Of a DNA stretch of 64,000 nucleotides, positions 52,501-64,000 are shown piece after piece (position 1 is the stretch's first letter; each line of letters starts with the position of its first letter). This DNA comes from Antedon mediterranea (lineage: Eukaryota; Animalia; Echinodermata). The stretch is taken from positions 6,974,201 to 7,038,200 of the forward strand of contig NC_092679.1 in the NCBI RefSeq assembly GCF_964355755.1, given 5' to 3'. The position numbers and the translations under genes were made by a program. The notes beneath the pieces are model-generated. The model saw nothing but the letters and a program-made list of their open reading frames with translations. It was not told where the DNA came from and made no database searches.

Positions 52501-55500
52501 CACTAACTTTGATATAGTGTCAATCACAGAACCAAAGCACTCAAAACAGATTTTAAGGAAGACGCAGGATTTATGCTGCAAAATGAAAGCTTGGAAGATA
52601 TGGAAAAAGGGAAAGTTAAACTGTCTGCTGCTGACTTTATTGAAAATGACTTAATTGAGAAAAATATGAATAACAAATGTGGAGAAAGTGATAAAGATAT
52701 GCACAAAGAATGTGGAAGAAGTGATGGTGATGCAGTGATTATGGAACGTGAAGCAGATAATAAAGACACAGAGGATTGGTTGTCCAATGGGAAGGTGACT
52801 GTTTTTTCAGATGTGGAGGATCTTAAAGATGTCATGTCAGATGTCGAAGTTCAAGACACCATGTCAGATGTCAAGGTTCAAGATACATTAAGAAAAACGC
52901 AAATTGAAAACAAGGTAGATTGTAAAGTGAAAACAGAAAGGAAGGTATACCTTCAGGATGTCAATGTTAAAGAAAACGTCACAAATGAATGTGCACTAAA
53001 TAACAAAGTTACAGAAAAAGGTAAATCAAAAAATACTTCTGACCAAGCAGCTCCGTTAGGATTACAAAATGCCTGTAATTCCAAAGCCACAACTAATTTA
53101 TTGAACCCAAAAGCACTAAAATCTATTACGATACAAAATAAAGTTCCAAAAAAGCGAAGAAGAAGTAAACTTTCTTTAAAAAGACAAAATAAAGATAATT
53201 TAAAACCCAGCGAGAGGTTACCTAAAAAAGCTAGAAGGTCTAGCAGTGTTGAATGTCTAAATGAACTACCTAACAAAGAAAACAACAGTGACACTCAAAT
53301 TAAATCAGATCCGAGTGTAAATGATCAACAATATCACAACCTAATGACGGATGACTTTACAAAAAGTGATATAATTGACAATTTTGCTCCCACAAAAAAA
53401 GAAGAAATGGAAGAAAAGACACTTAAAGTTGTAAATGAAGATTTTCTACAGAAACCAAGCATAGTAGAAGAATCTGCATCGTTAGTAGGTGTTCTTAGAG
53501 AAACAAGTGAGAAATTTAAATCACTAACAAACACTAGCACAAACCAGACTGAGAAAGACATTTCAGAATTTGATGATATAAATATCATTTCAGATGTGGA
53601 AGAGGATGATTATCTTCCGACACATTCTGAAAGTTTTCCCAAGAGAATTTCTCAAGAAAACGGAGGAAAAGATGCAGCACAGTCGTACACAAGTGAAGAC
53701 GACGACAGCTGGATACTTGCAAAGCCTGTCAAGAAATTCAAATGGCGTCCATCACCAGATTTTTCAACAGACAAAACGGGTGAAGAAAATTGCCTTGCCA
53801 AAAAACAACCTTCCAGTTGCCTTCCTCAAAAAGTGGTTATAGACACTGGTAAAGAGGTTTATAACAATAAAACATGTAATGGTGATGAAACAGAGACTCA
53901 AATGATGTCATATGAGGAGGAAAATCAATGTCGGAGTTCACCAAATGAGAAACATGAAAGTGAATCAATAGCAATATCCCCTGAATTAATCAGTGATGAT
54001 GAAAAAGATGAAGGGATCAAAAGACATGAAATAGAATCAACAGAGCCTTGTGTATTTACAACAGATACATCTGATGAGGATCTCCCGAGAGTCAGCTTCT
54101 CCCAACAACTCTCTGATAAAGAAGCTCCTTATGGTCTTATGAATATGATATCTCTTAGTGATGTGAATCCAAGATCACCAAAAGAAATAAGTAGTCCTGT
54201 ATTTGGGAAAAGAAAGAGATTGTCATTAGTAGATCAACATTTTAAGAAGTGTAGTCGATTGAATTTTGATTTAGGTGACACAACAAAAAGTGAAGACTGT
54301 GAGACAACCACTGTGACCAAGAAACCAAAATATAAATTTAAGGATCGAGGCACGATGAAAAATAATAAGATTTTATCAATAAATTCCAAGCCTTGTTTAC
54401 CATCTACTAGTGCCGTTTCTCCTGTTAAAAAGGATGTTGATAAACGTAAATCAAGAAAAAGATTTTCACAGGTTTGGAATGAAAAGGTCAACCCGGCTTG
54501 CTCTAAAAAACAGAAAACTGATCTTTTTAACTTTGGAATAACTGGAAGAAAAGACGTAGTGAATTATGGTTACAAGACGATAGAAACAGTCAGTGTGATG
54601 GATGATGAGTATGAATGTAGACTTGAGAATAGAATTCTACAAGTTAGGTATGTTTTGATGATTTTTTACTTCTATGTGGTTGTTACAGCATTAGTAGAAC
54701 CCCTCCTTTGGGGGACACCCCTATTAAGGGACACCCCTATTAAGGGACACCCCTATTAAGGGACACTCCTATTAAGGGACACCCCTATTAAGGGACACCC
54801 CTATTAAGGGACACCCCTATTCAGCGGACACCCCTATTCAGCGGACACCCCTATTAAGGGACACCCCTATTCAGCGACACCCCTATTCAGCGGACACCCC
54901 TATTCAGCGGACACCCCTATTCAGCGGACACCCCTATTCAGCGGACACTCCTATTAAGGGACACCCCTATTCAGCGGACACCCCTATTCAGCGGACACCC
55001 CTATTCAGCGGACACCCCTATTAAGGGACACTCCTATTAAGGGACAAGCACAAGGCTCAATTGAATAGGGACAGGTTTTACTGTTACTATAATACTAACA
55101 ACAGTATTAAGACTAATTTACATGGACAAGCTGCAATGTTAAGAGAAAAACCGCATACTTGTCCCACATAGAATCTGTATCTATCCTGCGCGGTTTACAA
55201 ACATAGATCCTATATTTTTGCTCTAAATAAATGTATTATTATTATTTAGAATTGCTTTATTTACATAGAGACATTGATGAATTGCAACTGGAAGAGATAG
55301 CGTATATGGTTTGGAAAAATGAGCAGTACTTAAGAGACATATTCCAAGGAACGGTGAGAATTGCCCATATAAGGAATTGATAAAGACCTTAAATAACAGT
55401 ATACTATCCCTGTAGAGAGTGTACTATTTCTTAATTATGTAAACCAATGGTGAAATAAAATTAAACACACAATTTTGTTTTTATTTTTCAGAGTAAATTT

Positions 55501-56601
55501 AGTAAACGACATATTTCTTTCAAACAGGGTGGTCCAAAAAAGGGTAAATATATTTGCAATTATTAATCAAAGGGTAAATTACTGAAAAATCTGCTGGCCA
55601 TCAATGGAGAGGAAATAAGAAAAAAGCTAAATAAAAACCATAAAGAAAAACAGCCAGAAAGAAATTCCATACACTTGTTTAAGAGTGCTTGTCACCAAAA
55701 ATCAGACATATTCGTAATTTAGTGGCAAAATTTGTCGCACATGAAAAAAAACGCGTTTGTTTTTACTCTACTTTTTAAGAGTTTTATATATGCTAATTAG
55801 TAATTAATTAGTCAAAATCTTAAAATTTTTTGAAACTTTACTAAATTATTGTCAAGATGCTAGTTAACGTAAGTGTAAAATATTAAAACGCTAGGTTGCT
55901 ACGTTTGGCTTCCAGAGGCTGTTAAAGTTAATGTAAATTATACACCAAAAATTAACAAAATTGGCCGAAAATTGTTATTTTTCGATTTTCTCGAAAACTA
56001 AGCGATATTTTACCAAACAAACTACACATCAGGTTTACTTACATCAAGGTCTACCAATGTGCAAAATATGAGCCAATTCGAAATTTTGACCCTTGCCACC
56101 TAATGTTTGATTTTAGTGACTGGCTCTCTTAAATACATTAACAATAATAAATACTTTATAGTTGACTGTTAAAATGAATACACTTCCTTGCAGCTGACTT
56201 GGATTTTCAAGTACCACTACACATGTTCTCAGATGAACAAGTGGAAACTGTAGTTGAAACACTTGTCAAGATATTTTGTTCCAAAGGTCCTAAGGTAAAA
56301 CAATTCATTTTGCATTATGGGTAATTAAGAAGTTAGAATAAGGTAAAATGCAAAATATGAAGTACATGATGTGTTTTGCAATATTTTTGCTATGTTTTTT
56401 AATTACAACTTAAGTACCACATTCAAATCGATTGAAATACAGTATAAAAGTTTTTTTTTGTATTTTTTCCAGTACTGGGATTACGTTATGAAAGTGTTAT
56501 TAGCCGAAGCCCTGATCAAGATTTACATGGATCTACATTACGTTAGTTATAGCAAAACTCAAGAAATTATGGAAGAAAAGAAACAAGATCAAGAATATTA
56601 A
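49510..56601 (+). CDS. SLX4IP: SLX4IP-like protein with long disordered region and PWWP3A/MUM1-like C-terminal helical domain
   Basis: In-phase exons 49510-49539, 51294-51383, 51498-51600, 51965-52039(or 52084), 52149-52371, 52518-54647, 55269-55353, 55492-55543, 56194-56294, 56473-56601; N-terminus MLKKKSFILQIGKYHVLL...GWFNDHCLQELLMLLKEPIGRR...LHLFDEKLKVTV resembles vertebrate SLX4IP as recalled. Confidence 0.75.
49600..50160. repeat. CTAG/AGGCCT/TAC-rich low-complexity tract in the first intron
   Basis: Dense ctaggcctag and tactac motifs. Confidence 0.7.
50161..51234. mobile_element. Non-autonomous MULE-like element with ~290-bp TIRs
   Basis: Termini GGGTCC/GGACCG, TIRs 50161-50450 / 50963-51234, 10-bp TSD ctagtaggcc. 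Confidence 0.85.
51793..51884 (+). pseudogene. 3'-truncated 5S rRNA pseudogene / SINE3 head
   Basis: tacggccatac..gttgaaacac.ggttctcgtc.gatcaccgaagttaagcaacgt.gggccc.gtt...tggatgggagaccg. Confidence 0.8.
54706..55046. repeat. 17/18-bp minisatellite (gggacacccctattaa / gcggacacccctattca)
   Basis: About 19 tandem units directly visible in an intron. Confidence 0.95.
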
Positions 56602-57614
56602 TTACAAATACTGTTTTTATAATAAAGTTTAATAAAACTTGAAAATCTAGTGAACACTGGTTTCTACACCAATTTTACTTGGATACAAATAAAAGCTACC
56701 TTTATACTTTTACATATAAATAATTATTGTATATTGGAACCACATTAGTATTACTATTAGCTGAGTGTTTGTAAATGCAGAGATATTTGTATAAAAAGAT
56801 GACTGTGGAAATTGGTTATTTGCACTTTATTTTACGTAAAACTCAAAGGTGCTTTTAATATAGTTCATACAATATAAAAATAAGAAAATTTAAAATGATA
56901 ATTATATATTTCATATTCATTTAAAATCTATTTACAATATTTGTAATGAGAGAAAATGTTCTTTGTATTTAGCAGTTAACATTTTTAGATATTGACGCTC
57001 CCGTAAATTGTGTAGATTTGCTAGGTGATGTGACAGTTCACCACAAGTTTGAAACTGTAATTTGGAATGTGTAATTATAATCTGTCAATATTAGATCAAT
57101 TTAATTGCAAGCACTCACTACAATACTGAAATTCTTCATTGTAATAAGATAAAACATATATTTCAACCAGCAGCTAAACACAAATTTGTTACATAATTTA
57201 TATTTATTGCGAAGGACCATATTTTTGCATTTTATAGCTTCACTCAGAATGGTTCTCTTATATATAATATAAATGTTAATTGCTTTTTTTTAACCAAACA
57301 AAACAACCCACTGTTCATTCCACTCCCAACATGGTTTACTAAAGGTGACATATTCTTTTATATATATATTGTACAGTTAAAATTGGAAAGACAATAATGA
57401 AGGATATATGCACAAACATTTACTGTTTACTTCTATCCATGTGTATGCTCAACGACAGGGTTAACTATATTGATCTAGATTTAACATTAGTCTCTTACAA
57501 CAAACTTTTCCTGTCCATTTTGTATTGGTCAAGTTTGTTTTGTACACAATGTGTATATAGTTATATTTATATACAAACCACATAGGTTGGTGTCAACTAA
57601 TTGAAAAAATGCAT

Positions 57615-60600
57615 TCATGTCTTCCATTTTATACTCTGAAAAAAAAAATAAAGACCAGCATGTTACTAATCTTCTTGTAAGTTGCCCCCTCCTCCCAAAA
57701 AAATGAAGAATAATTAAATCAGACTTTGAATACTGTTTTAATTTGAAGAAAATAAATGTTACATTGATTGATTGATTGAATAGGCTATTGAAAGTTAATC
57801 ACTTCCGTAGAACCAAAAAAAGATGTTTTCACTTACAAATGACAAAATAAATTGTTAAATTCAACCAAAAATCCATTAGCTGGCAGCCAATTTGACTATT
57901 TTTTTTCTTTAAACTACAGTTTTTTCAGGTTAATAAATTTTTATTTGATCTCATTTTTTATCAAAGTGGATAAAATGGCATATTCAAGAAAACAATGTTT
58001 AATTATTTTACGTCTTTAATTAATACTTACAGTGTTCTTTAAAAGTGTTTGAAGTTGAATGTCCTCACTTGACCCATACTTGACCTCAGTCCTGTAATTC
58101 TGCAAGCCTCTTAAGTCTCGCATTTGTTTTAGTGTCTCTATGACAACAGAATGGATCTTGTACTTCTTGGCTGTTTCTAATCTCTTAGTTGCATCATCCA
58201 TCATCAACATGTATTTTTGTAATATCTGAAATTCATTAATTTGAAGAATTGGAATTGAGCAGAGCTCTATTGAATATGTTTTGTCGATTAAGTAAAAAAA
58301 ACACATTCCAGGGCCCCTGGATTTAGTCAGTGTGTGCTCATAGCTGTTGTGGCACTGTTTGGGAGGTTTGTTAAAATGATTGTGAATATAAACACTTACA
58401 TCGTTTGGCGCTTTTGCTTTCAATAAAATACCCACAATTCTATCAAAGCCCACTGTTGGTTTCTTGGTTTTCATTATCCATTTCTGTTTTTAAAAACAAT
58501 GTTAAAAAAGAGTATTGAAAAAAGAACAACACCAATTACATCTAAAACACAACACCAATGACATTATGGTTAGCAAACACTTAGATTACAATTAAATAGA
58601 CAACATTAATTAAATAAAGTATATTACTTTATTAAGACAAAAAATGATTTGAATACCTTTGGTGCTAACAGAGTTTCTAAGTCGGCCCATTTACGCTGAT
58701 TAGCACATGCTTTAGCTGCTGTCATTACATACTGCTTCTCGCTCATATTAAATTCTTTAACTAAAGATTCTGGACTACTTATTGATGACTGTAAAAACAA
58801 CATACAGATCAAAATAAGACATTTGATTAGTAAACATTACTTCCACCCCAATTTGATATATTTTGAGAATACACTTCTTGAATATTTATAAAGATTCATT
58901 GCCTAGATCTTTTTTAAACTTGAACATGAAAATACAATAATGTACAGCAAAAAATGTCCACACACCTGTGATTGGTTAAAATGGTATTTACAACAATAAT
59001 ATAAAGTTGTTATCAACGGTAGAAAATATAATTCTGCTTCTTTTGGACAATCTGCAAAAGGTGGTTTTCTTTCTCTACTTGCTTTAGAGTCTGCACCCTT
59101 AGAATTAGAAACAATGATATTGTAAAATAGTCTTGGTTACTACTTGTAGGATGGCATTAGGGACTTTTAGACTTTCACGTCGACTGCTACCCTATTACGT
59201 TTATTTTTATGATGCGCTAGACGACTGGTACGTAGACTGGCAAAGCTTGAGCACTAAGACGCCAGCCTTCGTTCAGAAAATTAGGGATCTCGGCTAGGCC
59301 TAAGCTACACACTTAGCCTGCCCTAAGCCTGTATACTTCCACCGACCAGTGGAATAGCACCATGGATGAGCGCTACTATAGAGATTACAAGCTCAGATCC
59401 CAAGGTCATACATTCACCGGCACGTCAACGTAAATGTCCACTTAATCTAAATGTTCATATATCTGTCGACGGGAACAGTCGACTACAACCCATGTGGACA
59501 TGACCGTCATGTGCACGTTAACCCAATCTAAAAGTATGGAGTACAATTATATTACTAATACAGTATCTATGTTATATGCCATAAAAATCATGCCATGTAT
59601 TCAACTTTATTCTGAGGCAAATTTAAAATGGAAAGTGTCCACTTAATAGTAGAGGTGTCCTTGAATATGTACTAAATGAGTTTGATGAGAAACTTTAACT
59701 CGTAAAGTTTCAATATGATATCAATTTTAGCTTAAATTTATAAAAATTATATAATGCTAAAATAAATAAATAAAATAAAAATTTATAAATTAAATCATTG
59801 TGTACTTACCTCAATCAAAATCTGTTTATTTAACAGTGAACACTGTTCACGAAGTAATACTGTTTCACGATGAAGTATCTTGTATCCCTCAAAATATAAA
59901 CTAATAAAATATAAAGGAATTGTCCATTAAGCATTTTCTTACCTCAGACATGAATAGGTTTATATGAACATATTCTGACCTCATTAACTTCATGAATTAA
60001 GTGTCTCAAGTACTTACTCAGTGCATTTTTTCATACTCTGATATCTAGCTTGTGGTGAGCTTTCCTGAAGAGTTAACCGGTATCTGCACATCTAAAAAAT
60101 ACAATATGATAAAACATGCGTAAATGTTTCTTCTTGACAACCATCAAGTGCTTAAGAAAGTAAGATGCAATGCTAAAATGGATTTTAAAAATATACTTAC
60201 AGCTGCTTCCTCTTTTCGTCCAAGAGTTCTAAAAATAAAAGTAAACAAATTACAGATAAATGAATAGATGATAAAACCAATAAAATAAAGAAGTTAAAAA
60301 CTAAGCTATTACAGTTTTTCGACAGATGAAATTTCGGATCCACAGTTAATTAGATAACAATAGGACTGGCCACATTTAATCAACAAAGTGTCTAGTGTGT
60401 TTATACTTTTACAGGTGTGGAGTATTAAGAACTACAGTACTGTACATAATAATTAGGTGTTTGAATTGATTGCAGGTGAAGACAACTTACTGGAGCTGTG
60501 AGGCTAAAACTTCTTCATCTCCCATTGATCGTAAATACACTGCATAGTGGTTTATTGCTACAGGTCTTTTACGCAGTTCACTAATAAATATTGAATTCTT

Positions 60601-63600
60601 TAATGTCTTCTTGAGAAATAAAACAATCTAATAATATAGAAATAAAAATTAAAATTACATTTGCCCATTGTGATCTCTCAAACTATTTTCGGTTGTGTGT
60701 GTGTATTTTGTGAACATCTAATGATTATTTAATTCTGACTGAATTGAGATTCAGAATTTTCTTCTCAATTTTTTACCATTAAATCACTTAATCTCATGAT
60801 GTATATCTAAAAAGTTTTTTTGTTTTGATAAATCTACCACAGCAAATATTCTTACTGCAGTAATAAAGTTACCGTCAAGGTATTCAATGGCTTAATTTCA
60901 ATACTTACTGCAGTAATAGAGTTACCATCATGATATTCAATAGCTGAATCAAGAAGCGTAAGTTTATCAGGTAAGGACTTGTACATCTCTAATGAGAAAG
61001 GCTCTCCCATCACCATTCTAATTATGGTATCTGATACCTTAGGAGCATCCCATCTTGAACGTTCTGAACTCTGATAATAAAAAATGTGAGCAGTTTGTAC
61101 ATTATGAACATTAATTACTTAGTTATTAGCGGTTAAGTCAAATAGCCGAGCCGTTAAGACCTAAAGAGCAAACAATATCGGCAAGAGTTCTAAGCCGACT
61201 CGCTCCTAATTCTGGTGGTGGAACAAGTCTTTTCAAATAAGGACTATAAACCATAGGTCAAGTGTACACAGTTATAACCTGTGTGCACTTTAAAGAACCC
61301 AGTTCATTATTCGAGAAGAGTAGGGGTTACCCAGGTGAACTGGTTTACAAAACAGGGGGATTACCACCTATCTGATAGGACAATGATTCATTTACTATTG
61401 GTAATCCTATGCCCAAATACATAATAAAAAAATATAAACAAGCAGAATACAAATAGACTTCATTGTTCACCTGTAGTTTCCTCTTCAGTGATGTAACTTC
61501 TGCATACAATTTAGAAACTTCAGTATGACTTAATTTGGAGTCCCTTTTTACAGCTGAAATTAATATCCAAACGAAAAAAGGTCAAAATAAAAGCAATTTT
61601 TTCAAACATAAAACAATGCAAAAACAAAATTGATAGGTCAAGAAAAATTGCTCAGCATATCACTAAATGTAATATCACACCACTATCTCAAATCTACGAA
61701 AAACGTGTTGCCCTCAAAATACATAAAATAATTAAATAGGTCTGATATTAGACTCTGTCCACCACGTAATGTGCGATGTCGTTTTAGAATTTTATTTATG
61801 CCAAACTCTATTCATATTTTTTAAGACAATCCTACTGTACCTGATTCAAGAGACGATGCAGAAGAAGAGGTTGGTTTGGACAAGTTCTTAGTACCTACTG
61901 AAAAATAATGATTTAAGAACGTTATAAAGCAATAGTTCATAGTGTACTAGGTAGCAGAGATAAGCATCCGTCATATATGTATAGTGGAAATAGAAACAAT
62001 TGAAATGAATATAATAGTACCTGTTTCTGATGATGTTGTTAATCTAAATGATGGTTTTGATATCTTTTCACCTTTAATTAATAATAAAATAAATACAAGT
62101 AAATTAATGATATTATTATTTTGTAATAACCAGTGTAATGTTAATGCAGAATTTTACGCTGTTTTAGTCTTTAATATTTTTTTTATCTGGGTTAGTAGCA
62201 TTCTTTAATAATGCAGACCAATAGTCTAACTTATTTTTATGCTGGATAACTATCTTTATCAATAAACAATTATTATTACATGTTAAATGTGAGTGCAGAT
62301 GAGAAGAATTAACATTATTAATCTTCTTTAAATTAGTGAAATATTAAGTGAATTTAAGTTTAGAGCCCATTGTAGATGTATAAAGCTGTGCAAATCAAAA
62401 GGTTAAAAAGCTTAGAGATTTCAGTGATGAAGCAAAACCTATTATAGAATTAAGAGAACAGAGGTTGGTTAGTAAGTGGGAGAGAGGGGGAGGGGGAGTC
62501 GGTGGGGTGGGCGAAGACTGGGGTTGTAGTAGCTGTGTCAAATGTCAAATGTGTGATAATGGGATAAAACAATGACTGATGGTTCTCCATTCAAACCATA
62601 TTTCTGTGTTAAATTTTGTTTATTTTTTAACCAAGTGCACTGAGACTTACGCATTGATACATGAATTTAAATTAGTTAAAAAAGAAGGCAAAAGAAGAGA
62701 AGATAATGGTAACATGTTAAAGACCCCTTCCCTGCAATTTTGGACGTTTTTTGGAAAATAATACATATATATCACTTTAAAAACATTAAACCATGTCATT
62801 CCTTGTCTTAAATGTACGTTTTATGGTAAATTATGATAAAAAGTGAGAAACAATGCACTACCTAAGTAGCTCGCGGCGATCGACCTCTCGTGGACGATCT
62901 TAGGCCTAGCCTAGCTAGGCTTAGTTTTGTAGGCCTAGCTGGTAAACATCGGTAACGTACGAACATCATACGCTAGCTATATACCTAGCCTGACGTTGTA
63001 TAGTTGCTGCATTAATTGTCTTTCTATTTTTGCCAGACTCCGTTGATACAAATTGGGGAAAACCCGGTATTTTCGCCGAAAAGTTAGGAGTCTTCCATTT
63101 GTTTTGGCCTCACGATCGATCGAAAAGTGGGCGAATTACAGGTGAAAAACAAAAATATCAATCCGCGCGCAATGCATTTTGGGATTTATAGCGGGCCGCT
63201 ATAATTATTAGAATCGACTTATTTTTCATATTTTTAACTGTTTAAAGACGAAAAAAGTTATCGCAATAGGACCATATAGTAGTATTATTTTTACATTAAA
63301 TATAGTTTGTGATCTTAAATTAGATCTAAAAAACGTAGGGAAGGGGGCTTTAAATGTTTGGAGGATGACAAAATAAATTTACACAATACGTTACCAATCG
63401 TCAAACTAGCAGATTTTTTGTGATAACTTTTACTGGCACTTGTTTGGGTTGGCTTGGGTTGTTCAGGCTTGGGTTCAGGCTGGGAGGGTTTTCCTTTATT
63501 TGTACCTGTTTTTGGAAAATTGTTAGCTATCTCTACTGGCCTAGAAGGCTTTGTAAATGATGCATTTTTGTTAGTTCCCCTGGCAGATGTAACCCGTGGG

Positions 63601-63938
63601 CCGGTGAACTCCTCTATGCGTGTACCTGTCCAATCAATTATTTCATTCTGAAATTTAAAACATGGATTATGTATTTTTGTATACTGCAGTATGTTTTCTT
63701 ATCAGTAAGTTAAAATAGTTAAAATCAAATAATGTTATAGGTGGAATTGTGTTACATTGTATCTGATTAACATTTTTTTTTAAATCAAAATGTAAATCTA
63801 TATTTGAAACATAAAATTATGCAAACAAATTATTTTTTAAGCTATTTCTTGCTATCAGCTCACCTCGTCATCTGCGTCATCGAAGAAGTTTTGCCGTTTT
63901 TCTTTTTGGTTCCAGTAACCTTCATCTTCCTCATCTCC
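57615..63938 (-). CDS. VIPAS39: VIPAS39/SPE-39 homologue (start lies beyond the right edge)
   Basis: Exons encode GDEEDEGYWN...FFDD, ITTLYYCCKYH, SSPESLVKEFNMSEKQYVMTA, KKPTVGFDRIVGIL, ATKRLETAKKYKIHSVVI, SIKWKT*, matching recalled VIPAS39 motifs in order. Confidence 0.9.
61128..61430 (+). mobile_element. tRNA-derived SINE with Deu/Nin-like central domain
   Basis: Degenerate A/B boxes; aaggactataaacc.taggtc...gtgcac.ttaaagaaccc...ttcgagaagagtagggg; A-rich tail. Confidence 0.65.
63165..63192 (-). promoter_or_regulatory. ZNF143/Staf-type motif within a CpG-rich intronic segment
   Basis: gctataaatcccaaaatgcattgcgc matches the ACTACAnnTCCCAnAATGCAnTGCG consensus. Confidence 0.45.
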
Positions 63939-64000
63939 CTTTTATTTCAAGTTCAGATTTATTCACATATGTAAACACATACAAAAATATAATAGATACA

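Noticed and set aside
52524-54491. Minus-strand ORFs over the large exon
   Set aside because: Antisense shadows of the plus-strand coding exon
54706-55046. CRISPR-like array
   Set aside because: Contiguous tandem units with no unique spacers, no cas genes, eukaryotic intron
59158-59535. Possible MITE in a VIPAS39 intron
   Set aside because: Only ~9-bp terminal match and no clear TSD; not enough support

Overview
AT-rich, intron-containing animal DNA, inferred to be an invertebrate deuterostome and probably an echinoderm. The left 41 kb holds a tandemly duplicated adhesion-GPCR locus on the minus strand. Gene A is complete (40905->10937: signal peptide, 8 LDLa repeats, S/T stalk, short GAIN/GPS, 7TM). 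The 5' part of paralogue B runs off the left edge, and relics of further copies are present. The introns carry many transposons whose boundaries can be read directly. These include a 4-5 level nested stack (Tx1/L1 > L2/CR1-group > CR1-like > MULE) with target-site duplications, an internally deleted AcademX element inside MITEs, several non-autonomous Helitrons, and Penelope fragments, one with a minimal hammerhead ribozyme. A palindromic array of five 367-bp units, each carrying a tRNA-Pro-like gene with a TGT anticodon, lies just 3' of gene A. The right part holds an intron-containing EF1-gamma pseudogene, two MULE-like MITEs, a plus-strand gene joining an SLX4IP-like N-terminal domain to a PWWP3A/MUM1-like C-terminal domain, and a convergent VIPAS39 gene. 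All homology calls come from recalled motifs and manual translation; no database search was run.
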